Assembly: GCF_016432865.1 (NCBI RefSeq)
Contig: NC_067402.1
Location: forward strand, 268,088,001-268,152,000
Direction: 5' to 3'
DNA length: 64,000 bases
From: Antechinus flavipes
Taxonomy: Eukaryota
A program made the translations under genes and the position numbers. Below, piece by piece: positions 13,200-26,705 of this stretch. How positions within the stretch are numbered: the first letter of the stretch is position 1; each line of letters opens with the position of its first letter. The notes beneath the pieces are model-generated. The model ran no database searches and had not been told where the DNA came from. It saw only the letters and a list, made by a program, of their open reading frames with translations.

Positions 13200-13480
13200 A
13201 CTTCTGCTGGTGAGATATTTCCTCAAACACTCCCTCTCCTCCATATCTTCCCTCTAAGCACATATAGATGCATCCTTCTCTCAGGCTTCTCATCACCGCT
13301 TTCCTAGACTGTTGGAATATACTCCTCATTTTCTTCTCTCCCTCAAGCTGATATTCCCAAAGCAAAGTCTGGCAGGTCATTTTATTGCTCAAAAGGCTGC
13401 CCGATCTCTCTATGACTTCTAATATAAAATATAAATTCTTCTGCTTAGCACGTAATGCCCTTTACCCTCTACCTCCAATC
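13200..13480 (+). mobile_element. L2 fragment
   Basis: Pyrimidine-rich L2 3'-region motifs (ctgctcaaaa..., aaatataaattcttctg). Confidence 0.5.
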
Positions 13481-13489
13481 TATCCTTCC

Positions 13490-13660
13490 AGACTCTTTCT
13501 TCTGTTTCCCCTCTTTCTTTCCTTTTCTTCCCCCAAGTCTCTCTGTATGTCTCTTTCCTCTTCCTCTCTCTCTGTCCTCTTCCTCTCTCTCTTCTTCTTT
13601 CTTGTTCTTGTTCTTCTTGTTCTTTTTTCTCCTCTCTCCTTCCCTCTCTCCCTTCTTTCC
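13490..13660. repeat. TC-rich simple repeat
   Basis: Direct sequence. Confidence 0.9.
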
Positions 13661-13845
13661 NNNNNNNNNNNNNNNNNNNNNNNNNNNNNNNNNNNNNNNN
13701 NNNNNNNNNNNNNNNNNNNNNNNNNNNNNNNNNNNNNNNNNNNNNNNNNNNNNNNNNNNNNNNNNNNNNNNNNNNNNNNNNNNNNNNNNNNNNNNNNNNN
13801 NNNNNNNNNNNNNNNNNNNNNNNNNNNNNNNNNNNNNNNNNNNNN
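13661..13845. other. Assembly gap (185 N) after a TC-rich repeat
   Basis: N run. Confidence 1.
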
Positions 13846-14144
13846 CCCCTTTTTCCTCCCACCCCCAACCTTTCTATTCCTCCCACCATCATAGCATCTT
13901 GAAATACCAAGCTCTCTTCAAGGCATCACTTAAAACATTACCTCTTGACTCTCCGTGTTGTTAGTTCTTCCTCTCCCCTATATCATTTTGTATTTGTTCC
14001 TGCCACTTGCAGGGTAATGGATTAAGAACTGGCCTTTGATTCAGGACGATCTGGATGCAAGTTCTTGCTTTTGATAAATACTAGCTCTGGAACCCTAAAA
14101 CATCATCTCATCTTTCAGGGCTTTAGGCCATAGGTCTACAGGAA

Positions 14145-14280
14145 AGACAGTCTAAATCAGATTTAAATATAATTGGGCAATATTTAACAAGTTAAATTAA
14201 AATACAATTAAGTATAACATTACACATTAAAACTAAGTAAACATGTAGCCCATTTCTATTTGAATTTGACATCACTGGCC
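14145..14280 (-). mobile_element. hAT-type MITE fragment (same family as 33856-35081 and 60908-60992)
   Basis: End ctatttgaatttgacatcactg = reverse of cagtgatgtcaaattcaaatag. Confidence 0.55.
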
Positions 14281-14504
14281 TAGGACACTCTAAGACTGTT
14301 ACAGGGAGGTTTTTCCTCATAGTTCCCCATATTAATGAAGTCACAAGTCCTTATCTTTATATCTGGCATACAATTTTTATTTACTTATCTGTGAGCATGT
14401 TGTTTTCTCAGCCCTCCAAGCTGGTCATAAGATCCTTGAGCTCAAGAGCCACAATTATTATTCTTATATCTGTATCTCCAGCACTAAAACAGTGTCTGGC
14501 CTAT

Positions 14505-14725
14505 TATTATTGTTGTAGTTGTTTAGTCATATTCAGCTCATCGTGACTGTGTGGGGTTTTCTTGGCAAAAAAATATTGGAATAGTTTGCCATTTCCTTCT
14601 CCATCTCATTTTACAAATGAGGAAATTGAGGTAAATAGGGTTAGGTTATTTGTCCCTGGTCACACAACTAGTGAATGTCTAAGAATATTTGAATTCCTGA
14701 CTCCAGGCCCAGTTGCCTTCATCGG
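14505..14725 (-). mobile_element. Mar1 SINE
   Basis: ggggttttcttggcaaa...gccatttccttctcc motif. Confidence 0.75.
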
Positions 14726-16210
14726 GTCTATAATGGGTACTAAATAATTGCTAGGTGAATTGGATTCAATTGAATTAAAAATTCCAATTTCAGACTCTCT
14801 TCATTCTAAATTACAATTAAAAATGTACTTTCCTTTCTCTCATTAGTTGTATTTTACTGCTTTCTCCCCCAACATGTATTATTTCATTCTGTTATTACTC
14901 CATTACCTTTTATAATGAGACTTGCCATTCTAGCAATTTAGAAGGGACTGTATTAAATGGGATTTTTAAAATTTTGTATAGCACAGTATGCAGATAAAAT
15001 ATTGGTTCTTGCCAAGACACGGAAGAAGTCCCTGCAAAGGGAACGGACCCAATGAGAGGTAATTGGAAATATTGCTGCGTGTGCTAAATTCTTCCCTAGC
15101 TCTCTATATGCACTGGATGATAGCACAACCTTTGCTCCCAACTCATTCATTGTATAGTGATTTAGCAATCCCTAACTGAAAAATGAAGAGAGTGGGGATG
15201 AAATGAGAGTCTTGGAGACTAAAGTCTTTGAAATTTTGCCATGTCCTTGGATTAGCTGATTGTCATCATTATGAGTATCAATTATCCCCATTGGGTACTA
15301 TGGATTCTTCTGGAGTATTTTACTAAGGGTGACTTGTATGCAAGAAGGGATAGGAGAGAAATTATCTAACAAATGGAAAACAGTTAAACTGGTCATTTAA
15401 TAAGTCAAGTCAATTCAAGGATTTATTGGGAGATTACTATGGGAGCCCACTATGGCAAAACATTGTATCATGAAAGGATGATGGATTTGGGGTTGGAGAA
15501 GCTGGGTGCTAATCCCATTTATCACCAATCTAGTCACCATGTCTATTTCTTCTCCACAAGAAACTATGAATTCCAACTGTGGAACAACCCTTGGGTCTAA
15601 TAGGTGCCCCTTTTTACTTCCTCACCAGATCATAACTCTACCTCATTTTCTGGCCACCATTTCCAAATCATGCTACCAAAACTTGAAACTTTATCTTTTT
15701 CTATTTCCACTACTCTCTCTTTCTAGTTATATATTTATGTGCTGTCTTTCCCCATTAAAAAAAAATAAGTTTCTTGAAGAATGAAGGTGTCTTGATTATA
15801 TTTGTATTCTCCGTACTTAGCAAAATTCTTGATATACAATAAGTGCCAAGAAATGCTTTATCTCTCCTTATCTAGCTAGCTAGCTAGCTAGCTTTACATA
15901 CTCTATGCTCTAAATTAACCATTTGTCTTTCCATCTCACTACTCTACTTCTGAAACCATGGTCAAATCAACTCTGCAGTGGTTTTGGGAGAGGATATATC
16001 AGTCTAATCTATGATCCTATTCACTATTTCATGAACTTTCTGGTTGAACAGAAACCTTGTGTTTTCCCACTTTTTGTTTTGTTTATGCTATTTCTAGTGG
16101 CTGGAATAGACCAACTCAAATACCCAATCTCTACTTGTTAATATTAATAGCTTGCCTGTTTTGGGAGGCCCAGCTCAAACTCCACTTTCTGTGTGAACCC
16201 TCAACTAGGA

Positions 16211-16214
<4 letters not shown>

Positions 16215-16276
<62 letters not shown>
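16215..16276. repeat. (TC)31 microsatellite
   Basis: Direct sequence. Confidence 0.95.
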
Positions 16277-16281
<5 letters not shown>

Positions 16282-16619
16282 CCTTAATGCTTTGTACTTC
16301 CCTCCATCTCAGGAATCACTCTGGGGTTCCACTGTCCTGATTGGTTACTGCCTCACCTGAGTCTTCTATTATAGTCTAGAAGGTTAAAATGATATGCTTG
16401 ATTAAGTACAGAATGCAAGCAGAAGAGGGAAAGATAGCATAGTAGATAGAGGAATGACCTTCACCAGTACAGACCATAAATCATAGTTTTTCCTCTTATA
16501 TGATTTTTCCTGTGTCCTCCAATAATCTTCCATAGATAATCTATCCAATTCTATTGAAGGCCTTCCTGCATACAGTATCTAAGAGTATTTCCTAGATATA
16601 GTCTCTGGCATGTCCATCT

Positions 16620-16850
16620 CTTACCCCCTTTTTGGGTTATACATGTATAATCATTTTTTAGCATATGTCCATGAGTCATGTTGAAAAAGAAAAATCAGAC
16701 CAAAAAATGAAAAACCACGAGAAAGAAAACAAAACAAAACAAAATAAAAGGAAAAAATAGCCACATTCTGTATTCATAGTTCTTTCTCCAGAGGTGGATG
16801 GATTTTCTACCAAAGTCTATTGGAATTATCTTAGATCACTGTACTGCTGT
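16620..16850 (-). mobile_element. L1 3' fragment
   Basis: Similar to 3557-4020. Confidence 0.7.
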
Positions 16851-17114
16851 ATATGTCTCACTCTTGCTAGGATGGCAGATTTATAAGGCTTCAAATTTAG
16901 AGTTATAAGGGACCAAGAAGGTCATCTGATCCAACCTCTTCATTGTTTACTAGAAAAAGAAGTTCCCCAAATGCCACATTGTGTCTTCTATTTCCTGGCA
17001 GTTGCAAATATCTAGCTGAGTCAATCAATTGATATTTCTTAATCACTTACTATATGCCAGGAATATTCCTATTGCATATCCTATTGCTGTTGTTTTGGTG
17101 GTGCTGATGAACAA

Positions 17115-17200
17115 TAATGACAAGGATGATTATGAGGAGGAGGAGGATGATGATGATGATGATGATGATGATAATGATAATGATAATGATGGCAATTATA
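17115..17200. repeat. Compound (GGA)n(GAT)n(GATAAT)n repeat
   Basis: Direct sequence. Confidence 0.9.
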
Positions 17201-20139
17201 ATTGACCACGATGATAACGTAACTTGCTCAAGTTCATACAGCTCGTATGGGGGTCAAAGGCAAAACTCAAATTCAGATCTTCCTGCCTCTAAGGCTAACT
17301 CTTATCTACTATGCCCCATTGTCTCTCTTCCCATTTCATAATGGAAATCAATTGGAAATTTTGACTTGGTTTAAAGAAATTCATTTTGCAGTCAGATTTT
17401 TCAACAACACACCAAATTTGTAAAGCAAATCATAGCATCCCATGACTTCCAAGCCTTCTGGTGTATTGGGAAGGAGGTAGAGTACTGTCTGATAGCATTA
17501 TGTATGTATGCACACATACACTGAGTCTTACTGTGGAAGGAAATTCGAGCTGCCAATGTGGAGGTGGAGATTTTTGTTCATTTGAAATCTATAATTAAAT
17601 ACTTATATATAAAAGTCAAGGCAAAAAAAAGACTAATGTGAGAAATTCAGAATCAACTTGCTTTCCTCCATTGCTACTCTGGGGGCTCTCAACAAACGTG
17701 ACCCACATCTGCCAATGCTGGACCGGTGTTATTTACAGGAATTATTCAGAAAAAACAATTTCCCGAGATGAGTTAGAAATAACTGACCTGTGAGTAGTAT
17801 GGAAGAAAGGTTATACACAATCACATTGAGTAGAATTAGCCAACACAATCTGGCTAAGGAGACTATAAGAATGGAAAAGGAAAGCGTATGTAACTTTTAC
17901 ATGTAACAATTACAAGGGAAGACAATATAAGTAGGTATTTTGAGGTGGGTGTCAGAAGACTTTATTTCTATACTTCTACCTCTGATCTAAAGATTCTTAA
18001 ACTTTTTTTGTCCTGAACTCCATCTCAGAATCACATTTTCAAATGCATAAAGCAAAACTCATAGGATTACAATATTACAATAGGAACTAATTGGATTGAA
18101 ATCATTTTCTTAAAAAAAATTATGACTATAGATCCCAATTTAGAACCTGAACGCTACTCAGTTTGTCTAAAGGGACATGTTCAATGTATACAATGAATAT
18201 CTTAATCTTTTCTTCCTTTATATTGTAATCTGCAAAGTCACCCACAACTCTCACTCCTAACACAGCATACAGTCCCTGTAGCAGTTGGTGAAGAGAGAAC
18301 CAATACCTAATTTGAATTCTTGTGAGGAAAATTGGAATCATTAGTGGTCAGGGGAAACATCACAAATGTGTCTGGGTATCTAGTAATTCAAATGTGTGAT
18401 CCTGGCCAAGTCATTTTATTACTCTCAGCCTCAGTTTTCTCAACTGGAAAAAGGGAGATATTATTCCTTGTATTACCACGGTTATGAAAGTGGGATATAA
18501 CCTAGGCAAGTATCTTAACCTATCTGTGCCTCTTTCAACTGAACAATGAAGGGGTTGAATTAGACTTCTTAATTTACCTTCTATTCCAAATCTATAATCC
18601 TTTGGAGGAACTGAATGTAATAGACCCTGTTTTGTTGGGGAACAACAGGGCCAAATGCCCTGCCAGAAGTACGATTGATAATTGAATGGAGGATAAGAAG
18701 AGGAGAATAACAGAATTAAACTGGCAACAGGGCTAGGGAAGTATGAGATGAAATAATGGATTAAGCATTCTTGCTAACTAGGTACAAAGTTTATTTGTTT
18801 CTATCTACTGAAGACTTGAGCACAAGTACTGCAAGTACCCCTTAAATTTCAGCACCCTTGGTAAATTGACAGTCACACCAACCTAATTACTCTTTAAAGA
18901 AAATCCACAGAAATATCAAGAAAAGATTCTATTTACTTAAAACTGTCAAATGAGAGATTGTTATCAAAATACCAAATACCTTTCTGGGTGAGCAAAGGAC
19001 TGAAGACTCTGAGACTCCACCCTCCTCTAGAATTCTGTAACTGGATTTGGTTCTCTGGTCAGCATTCCCAGCCAAAGTCAAAAAAATTTCCAAGTAGCTG
19101 TCATGGATTTTGAAAATATCTGGGTTTATAGACATCATAGAGAGAGTGTCCACTTCTAAAGAATAGAATGAGTCTCTCAAATGTCAATTTAAAAATCACT
19201 TTTAGTTTCCTAAGCAGGAAAGAGGGTTGGCTGGCAAGGAAGGGAGTTTCTGTGAGTTGACACCCATTATTAGAATGATGGGTGCATAGAAAAGAGGAGA
19301 CAGAGTAAGCGGAGCCAAGAGTGCCCTTTGAATGGGCTTTCTACACTACTTAATTTGAATGGAGAAATGAATTACTTTTCCCAGACTTCATAAAAGAGGT
19401 CTTCCATTTCTGAAGCTTTTATATTCAAACTGTAGCATGTAAAGATTAACACAAAGCAAAATGAAAGGCAACACAAGCATTCATTTCCAAGGAAGGCTGG
19501 AGGAAGGTCTATCACATCAGAGACATTCAGGTCTATTATTAGTTCTCTCATTTTTGCTGTATCGGAAGACTCTAGGAATTAGACATCACTTAAAATTGTT
19601 GAGCAAATCAACTCATGCAACTGTCAGAAGACTTCAGACCCTGTCATTTGGGGCAGTCGGGGGTCTCCTTCCATTTGAACAGCTTTTAGAATGTTCCATG
19701 TCACAGATTGCTTGGGGATGGAAAAAGCAAATATTCTACATGAAGAAATTAATGTTTGGAAATCATTTGATAATAGGGCATAATGGTTTATTGTAAGAGT
19801 CACTCCAGTGACTTACTGCCATGGCTCCAGGCCAGTATTTACAGAAGCACAGAGGGACATAAGAGAATGTCAACTCCAATCTGTATTCAGGCACAAATCC
19901 TGTTACAACATTCCCAGGGTAGGTGGTCATCCAGCTCCTGTTTACAGACCTCAGATAATGAGGATCATGGGATCAGAGTTAGAGCAGGAAGGGAATTTAC
20001 CCAATATCCTCATTCTACTGAGGAGGAAATTTGAGGCCCAAAGACATTGAGTGACATATCATGGTCACACAATTAGTAAGTAGTGGGGAATGGGGAGGGA
20101 CATGGGAGGAGGGGAGATCTGAGGTCTTCTAACTCCAAA

Positions 20140-20520
20140 TTGAACATTTTTTCCACCAATCCATGATGGAAACCTACCATACCTTTCAAGGCAGTCCATT
20201 CCACATTTCTATAGTTCTAATTGATTATTAGGACACTTTTCCCCCTAACAAATCTAAATTAGCCTCTTTGGAACTTCCACCTACTCGTGTCTTCTGGAAC
20301 CAAGTAGCACTTCCTTCCCTCTCACCAAGATGGGATTTCCATTTAAAGAAATTAGAATTTCACAACAAAACATTTTTACTTGTATATTATATGCTCCCTA
20401 ATACCCATCAGTTGATTGCTGGTCTTATCCTTATTGTATTCTGCCCACATTTCAGAATGTACAGAGCAGATTAGCTGTATTAGTACCCTGACCTCCCCTT
20501 CCCCCACTGTCAAATTGTTC
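20140..20520 (-). mobile_element. L3/CR1 fragment (a further piece at about 19880-19960)
   Basis: ggcagtccattccacatttctatagttctaatt resembles the reverse CR1 3' ORF2 end. Confidence 0.55.
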
Positions 20521-21329
20521 ATTTTTCACAAATTAGTTTGAAAGCCTATAATAATAGCCTAGGTATTCACCCAGAAAAAGGAGGAGAGAGGAGGTTTTCC
20601 TGCTAAGTCCCCAAACACTGTAAGCCAGCCCTTTCTTTTGACTCCTCAATCACAGTGCCATACTCATCAGAGAAATCAAGGTGGCTGCCATTCTGATCTT
20701 TCCAGAGTCCAACCAGTTATGTATAATGGATTATTCATTGCAAGGGATAAACAAACACACAATATAGATGGGTTCACAGAACAATAAACTGTCTCTTTGA
20801 GTTTCTGGATAGGACAATTTTTCCTGCCCAGAAATCTCCTTAAGTAAATTTTACCTTGTACTCCCTGGAGGATTTCGAGGGCTGGAAAATTCAATCTCCA
20901 TCCAACTTAGTCTGTCCCATCTGAGATCACTAACAGTTGTGATAAAAATTGTCCAAGCATCTATTTGATAGATACTGCTACTGGTTGGACAATCAAATGA
21001 CACAGAGATACATAAAAAATTGTTTATTATGCTCAGAACATAAGAATCACCGAAATAAAAATCAATGAGTCATGGACATAATTTTTAGCAGTCTTCTATA
21101 GGTTTTGGTTATATAAGCTGAATGGGAAACAATGAAATTTCAAAGCGTAAATAAGAAAAGATGTTGATTTTCAGACCAAAGAATAGATGACAAAAGAGGA
21201 AGGGCTATATCAGGTAAAAAGGGGAAACTAGAACAGGACTTATAGCTAATATTTCAAGTTGGAATTTGCAAATAGAGCAAAAACTAACCAGTTAACATCA
21301 GAGCTGTAGTTGATGCCTCAGCTTGATTT

Positions 21330-21523
21330 TTAAAAATTTTATTGAAGCTTTTTATTTTTCAAAACATATGCAAGGATAAATTTTCAACATTAACCTTTGC
21401 AAAACCTTGTGTTCCAATTTTTCTCCTTCTTCCCCCCACTCCAGATGGCAAGCAATTCGATATATGTTAAACATGGTAAAAATATATATGTAAACCCAAT
21501 ACAGGCATACATATTTATACAAT
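21330..21523 (-). mobile_element. Short 5'-truncated L1 with 8-bp TSD
   Basis: cttgattt at 21322-21329 and 21524-21531; reverse 3' UTR ttttattgaagctttttatttt. Confidence 0.75.
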
Positions 21524-21629
21524 CTTGATTTAGTTTGATTTTAAAGAGTTTAGCTAGGTTCACAACCTTAAGTAAATGGTGGTAATAAAATTGAGACTGA
21601 AATTCTTTCATTATAAACTCCAAGGAAAG

Positions 21630-21875
21630 GAAAGGGGAAGGAAAAAAGCATTTATTAAGCATCTACTATTTGCCAGGCATTGTACTAACAGCTTTGAAGA
21701 TATTCACCCATTTCTTCTTCACAATAAACTTGGGAGCAATTGTTATCCCCATTTTACAGTTGAAAAAACTGAGGCAGGCAGGGCTAAAATTACTAATCTA
21801 GAGATATACTTGAAGTGTCTGAGACAGGTTTTTTACTCTTATCTTTCTGACTCTATCCACTACTCCACCTATCTG
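21630..21875 (-). mobile_element. MIR
   Basis: ccccattttacagttgaaaaaactgaggca. Confidence 0.75.
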
Positions 21876-22504
21876 TCGCTAAAGCAGAAAATTACCTTCT
21901 ACTGCAGACACCATAGAACTTATTCTGCGGATAGAAACTTTAATGTGCTTCATGATCTAAAACGAGAACCATAGAATTTGGAGTGAAAGGAACACATAAT
22001 TCAAACCTGTCATTTTTCAGAGGAAGAAACTGAATGCCCATAGAGGCAAAAATAATCACTTCCTTTTTGAGTATTGCTCATATAATAAAAGGTTTGAATT
22101 ACTGTAAAAGGAGTATAGATAATGTTTCTCTACCATCAAAAATGTAACACTAAGATGTCAATCATGCCTCAAAAGACTTCTTTGAGATATTTACAGGTGA
22201 TCATAATAATAAATAATATTTTAATTTTTGCATCCTTGATCCTTTCAACTGAGGATTCTCATATATTACCTTATAAGTAGGTCCTATAATTATCTCCATT
22301 TTACAGATAAGAAAAGTGAGATTCAGAAAAGTTAAGTGCCTTGTCCAGGGTCCCAGAGCTAGTGTCTGAAGCAGGATTTGAACTCAGGTTTTCTTGACTT
22401 CAAATTAAGTGTTCTATCTACTATACTAGTTGGGTGAAACTCAAGAATTGCTGTTGACCTCCCACTGACCACTAATTAAACTATCACCTTGTACTGCATA
22501 GTGC

Positions 22505-22740
22505 ACCTGGGTGGCTCAGTGGATAGAGTGGGGGATGGGGTTAGAGTCAGGAAGCCCTGAATTCAAATCAAGTCTCAGACACTTACTAGCTGTGTAACCC
22601 TGGGCAAGTCACTTACTCCTGTCTGCCTCAGTTTCTTCATCTGTAAAATGAGCTAGAGAAGGAAAAAGCAAACCACTCACCAAGAAAACCTCAAATGGGA
22701 TCATGGAAAGTGAGACGACTGAAGCAAAAACAAAAAACAT
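22505..22740 (+). mobile_element. Mar1 SINE
   Basis: tRNA-like head, CORE, tail gagaaggaaaaagcaaaccactc. Confidence 0.8.
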
Positions 22741-23334
22741 AGAATCAGGAAGATGAACATTGGTTCAAGTCCTGTCCTGATACATACTGGATGTGCGACC
22801 TTGGGATAGTCATGTAACATTTCAATGTTCTAGGTGATTCTTTAAGACTATCTGTTGTAGAACAATTGTGAAACTGCATAAGAAGAGGGAATTTCCTCAC
22901 TAGGACTTCCATCAACAAAATCTCAGGTCTGATAAAAATATTTAAGTGTTAAGTCCTTCTAAGTACTATTTAAGTATTTAAGTACTATTTCCTAGACATG
23001 TTTAGCCACCAAGGTCATTCACTACATCCCAGCTAATCACCAGCTTATCCCTCCACTGGATCGCCATGACTTTGAAAAAGAGAATAAGACTGATGAGTTT
23101 TGTGGAACTCTGCCTCATTTAATTCCAATCTACGCATGAGTCAAGACATCATTCCATGATGTCATTGGGACTCTTCAAAAACAAAGGACAAACAACAAGA
23201 CTATCACCATAAAGAACAAGCCAAGAAAACCCCAAAATCACCTCATCCAATAAATAGCCAAATAACTTGCCAAACAAAAAACCTGGCAGACAAAATTTAT
23301 ACCAGTCTAAAGCAGGATTTCTTGAACTTTTTCC

Positions 23335-23512
23335 ATTCATAACTCTTTTTCACCCAAAACATTTTTATACAACCCTGACTATATAATTATATAAAATAGG
23401 TATAGAAGTCAATCATTTACAGATAATAAATCATAGTTTCATGACCCACACATTCAATGGTTACCCCATATGGGGTTACAACCCACAATTGAAGAAGCTT
23501 TGGTCTAGAGAA
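23335..23512 (+). mobile_element. hAT/Charlie MITE (partial; related to 45117-45304)
   Basis: Shares ccccatatggggtt..acccaca.tt.aagaagctttg with the 45.2 kb copy. Confidence 0.65.
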
Positions 23513-24589
23513 TAAATTCATCTGCAAAACATTTTGGAGGAGGAGGATAAGAGATAAAGAAAACATCACATCACAAAGCAGTTGCAAAGAAAATAAATCT
23601 TTGGAGAGGTCCAACTAAGCTAGGTCACTCCAAGAGTATTTATAGATGAAATTGGGAGAACAAATAAAGCTGTAACATGATACATCTGCCAGCATTTCTA
23701 TTGTCATGGTGGAACCTCCACATTTATCTTCCTCTCCATTAGGATTAAGCAATAGCACTTAAGATGATGAAATCAAAAGAACAGCAAGATTGGAATTGGA
23801 AGTGATGTCCCAATGGCCATACAATATAGCTCATACTCCAAAACATACTTGCTCTACAATTTACCAAAAAAGTAATCATGGAGCTTTAGCTTAAAGACCT
23901 CCAATGAGAGGTGACCCACTACTTCTCAAGGCTACCTATTCCATCAAATACAGCCTCAGGCATTTACTAGCTGTTGGATTCTATATGTTACTTTAACTTC
24001 TGTTTGCCTCAGTTTCTTGACTACAGAGTGAGAATGATAAATGCACCCTATCTCCCAAGATTGCTGTGATGATTGAAGGAGATAATACTTATAAAAAACG
24101 CTTAGCACATTCCTGGTACTAATAGATGCTATATAAATACAGATTTAATTCCTACATACATTTCTTTTTCCGAGAGACAGTTGTCAGCACACTCTTGCTA
24201 GAGGGGACAATTTTTAAATACTTGGGAACTAATTTTCAATATACCTCAAAGAGAGGAAGATCCCAAAAGGATTGAAAAGATGAAAACTAGGGCTTTTAGC
24301 TGGGTTTTTTAAGGAGTTACCCAGAAGACATTTGCAGCAATTTCTGTGACAACTTTATCATCTCCACAAAATCTTTATGAGAATGGTTTCTTCGTACAAA
24401 GAGGATATCCTTGATGAGAAGGGAACACACAGACTTTCATGGACAATTTTGTATAGCAAATAACATCTTCCTGGTCACATAAATGACTGAGAAGTGTAGA
24501 AGATATAGGAGCTTACTGTTGTTGATTTTTTTAAAAAGTATTTGGATGTCTGGAATTTTTTTTAAGTATTAAAGGATGCCACACACACA

Positions 24590-25015
24590 CCTTTCTGCCT
24601 TTTCCAGATTTCTTATACTTTATTCCCTTCTGCATACTCTTTAAGACAGTTACACAGGCTTATTTGCTCTTCCTCAAACATGGCATTCCCTCTCCTGATT
24701 GGATCCTGTTGTCCCCCACACCTTGGGCTGCTAACTTGTCTGGCTTCCTTCAAGATTCAACTTAAATTTTACCTTCTGCAAAAGACTTTGACAGGCTCAT
24801 ACTATCCCATGCACTGCTACTGTCTCCCCTCTGAGATGGCCTCCCATTTACACTATAACTGTCATTTATGCACACTGCAATTTGCACGATGTCTCTCCTC
24901 AATGGATTGTAAGCTTGTTGAGGAAAGGGAATACTTTTTGCCTTTCTTTGTTTCCCTAGCACCTAGCACAGTGTCTGGCATACAATAAGTGCTTATTAAA
25001 TGTTCACTGACTGAC
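24590..25015 (+). mobile_element. L2 3' end
   Basis: Ends agcacagtgtctggcatacaataagtgcttattaaatgtt. Confidence 0.75.
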
Positions 25016-25164
25016 ACATATGAAACATTTGTTTAAAATGGCACTACAATTATAACCATGGAGATCATTTATTTCAAAGATCCATTTATCAAGATCAAAC
25101 AAGTTATAAAAAAAAAAACTATTTTCAGTTGAATTCCATGGCATAGAAAGAAAGATAGATATTC

Positions 25165-26135
25165 TATGCAATCAACCAACCACAAAGCATTTATTAAGCA
25201 CATATAAAGTCATTTAACTTTGCTTGCCTTAGTTTTCTCATCTTTAAAATGAGCTGAAGAAGAAAATGGAAAACTACTACAGTATCTTTGCCAAGAAAAC
25301 CACAAATGAAGACACAAAGATTTGGACACAACTGATAAACAACAAAAATATGTCAGGCATCATGCAGGACACAGAGGATTCAGAGACAAAAGTGAAATAG
25401 CCCCTATCCTCAAGGAGCTAACAATCTAATAAAGAGATGTACATGTAGGTATATTAAAAATGGAGATGAGATAATTGACAGGGAGGCACTAACACAGGAA
25501 GAAAAGGAAAAGTTTCACATAGAAGGCCAAGTCTTAACTGAAGTTAAGGATTCTATGAAATGGAAGCAAGAAGGGAAAGAACATTGCAGGTATGGGGAAC
25601 TGACATCAAGGTACAGAGATGGTGTAGTAGATCGTGTACTATGTCTGGAGTCAGAAAGTTACGTATGAATGTCTTATACTAGGAAAGGATCAACTTGGTT
25701 ACACGTTTTAAAATCCAGAAAAAGGAACAAGTTGTAAGAAGGCTAAAAAGATAAGATGGGAGCAGGCTGTGAAGAGTTTTAAATATAAAAAAAAAATTCT
25801 GTTTGATTCTAGAGATAAATGGCAGCCACTAGCTTTCTTGGAGGAGAAGATTATTGTCAGACATACACTATCAGAAAATTTGGGACAACTTGGTGTAGGC
25901 TGGATTGGAGAAAGAAGAGACTTATGGGAGGGAGTTAGTGGAAGCTGTTGGAATAATTTGAATAATAGATGACAATAGCCTGAATTAGAATCTTGTGTGA
26001 GTATGAATGGAGAAAAGTGGTCAGACTCGAGAAATGTTAGGGAGGCAGAGGCAAAATCGAATGACTCAGGAGATATATGAAAGTAAGTGTGAGTGAGGAG
26101 CAGAGAAAGATAGATTAAGGTTCCAAGTCTGAGTG
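25165..26135 (-). mobile_element. L2 fragment interrupted by a Mar1 piece (25205-25348, +)
   Basis: caatcaaccaacc..gcatttattaagcac resumes as tatgtcaggca after the Mar1 tail. Confidence 0.7.
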
Positions 26136-26319
26136 ACTGCAAAAATGGCTGCTTTCTCCAAAGATAAACAGCACCTGAATAACCTCTATCAATGGCAAAA
26201 TTCTGGTCTAATTTAGAAGTGACTTTGCATTAGTTACATTAAGTGCTAGAAGACTACAATGTATCCTCAAGGATATTTCTATGTCTTCAAAAGTAAATGG
26301 TTTGTGATTTAGTATCATA

Positions 26320-26705
26320 AACTATTGTTTAGTTATTCTTCATCTGTGTCTGACTCTTTCCCATTTGTGGTTTTCTTGGCAGAGATACTAGAGCGGTCTG
26401 CCATTTCCTTCTCTAGATCATTTTACATTTGAGGAAACTGAGGCAACAAGCAGGGTTAAGTGACTTGCCCAGGGTCGCCCAGCTAGTAAGTATTTGAGCC
26501 CAGATTTGAACTCAAGAAGGTGAATGGTTTTCCATTTCTTTGTCTAGCTCATTTTATATATGAACAAACTGAGACAAACAGGGTTAAGTGACTTGCCCAG
26601 GATTACACAGCTAGTAAATGTCTGAGGCCAGATTTGAACTCAGGGAGATGAATTTTCCTGACTCCAGCGCACAGTACTCTATCTATTACACCTCCTAGCT
26701 GCCCA
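26320..26705 (-). mobile_element. Mar1 with a duplicated ~130-bp internal segment
   Basis: Two consecutive ccatttc..ctag.tcatttta..aaactgag..agggttaagtgacttgcccagg..agatttgaactca units. Confidence 0.75.

Noticed and set aside
13385-13964. 160-170-aa ORFs
   Set aside because: They run through a TC repeat and an N gap. The same applies to ORFs at 36787-37246, 38013-38699 and 54595-55232.
18126-18341. Minus-strand ORF YWFSLHQLLQGLYAVLG... as an exon
   Set aside because: The acceptor at 18306 lacks a polypyrimidine tract, the donor is weak, and the protein is not recognised
19817-19900. Minus-strand exon candidate ending CA|gtaagt
   Set aside because: Its 5' part and acceptor overlap an L3/CR1 relic, and there is no other support
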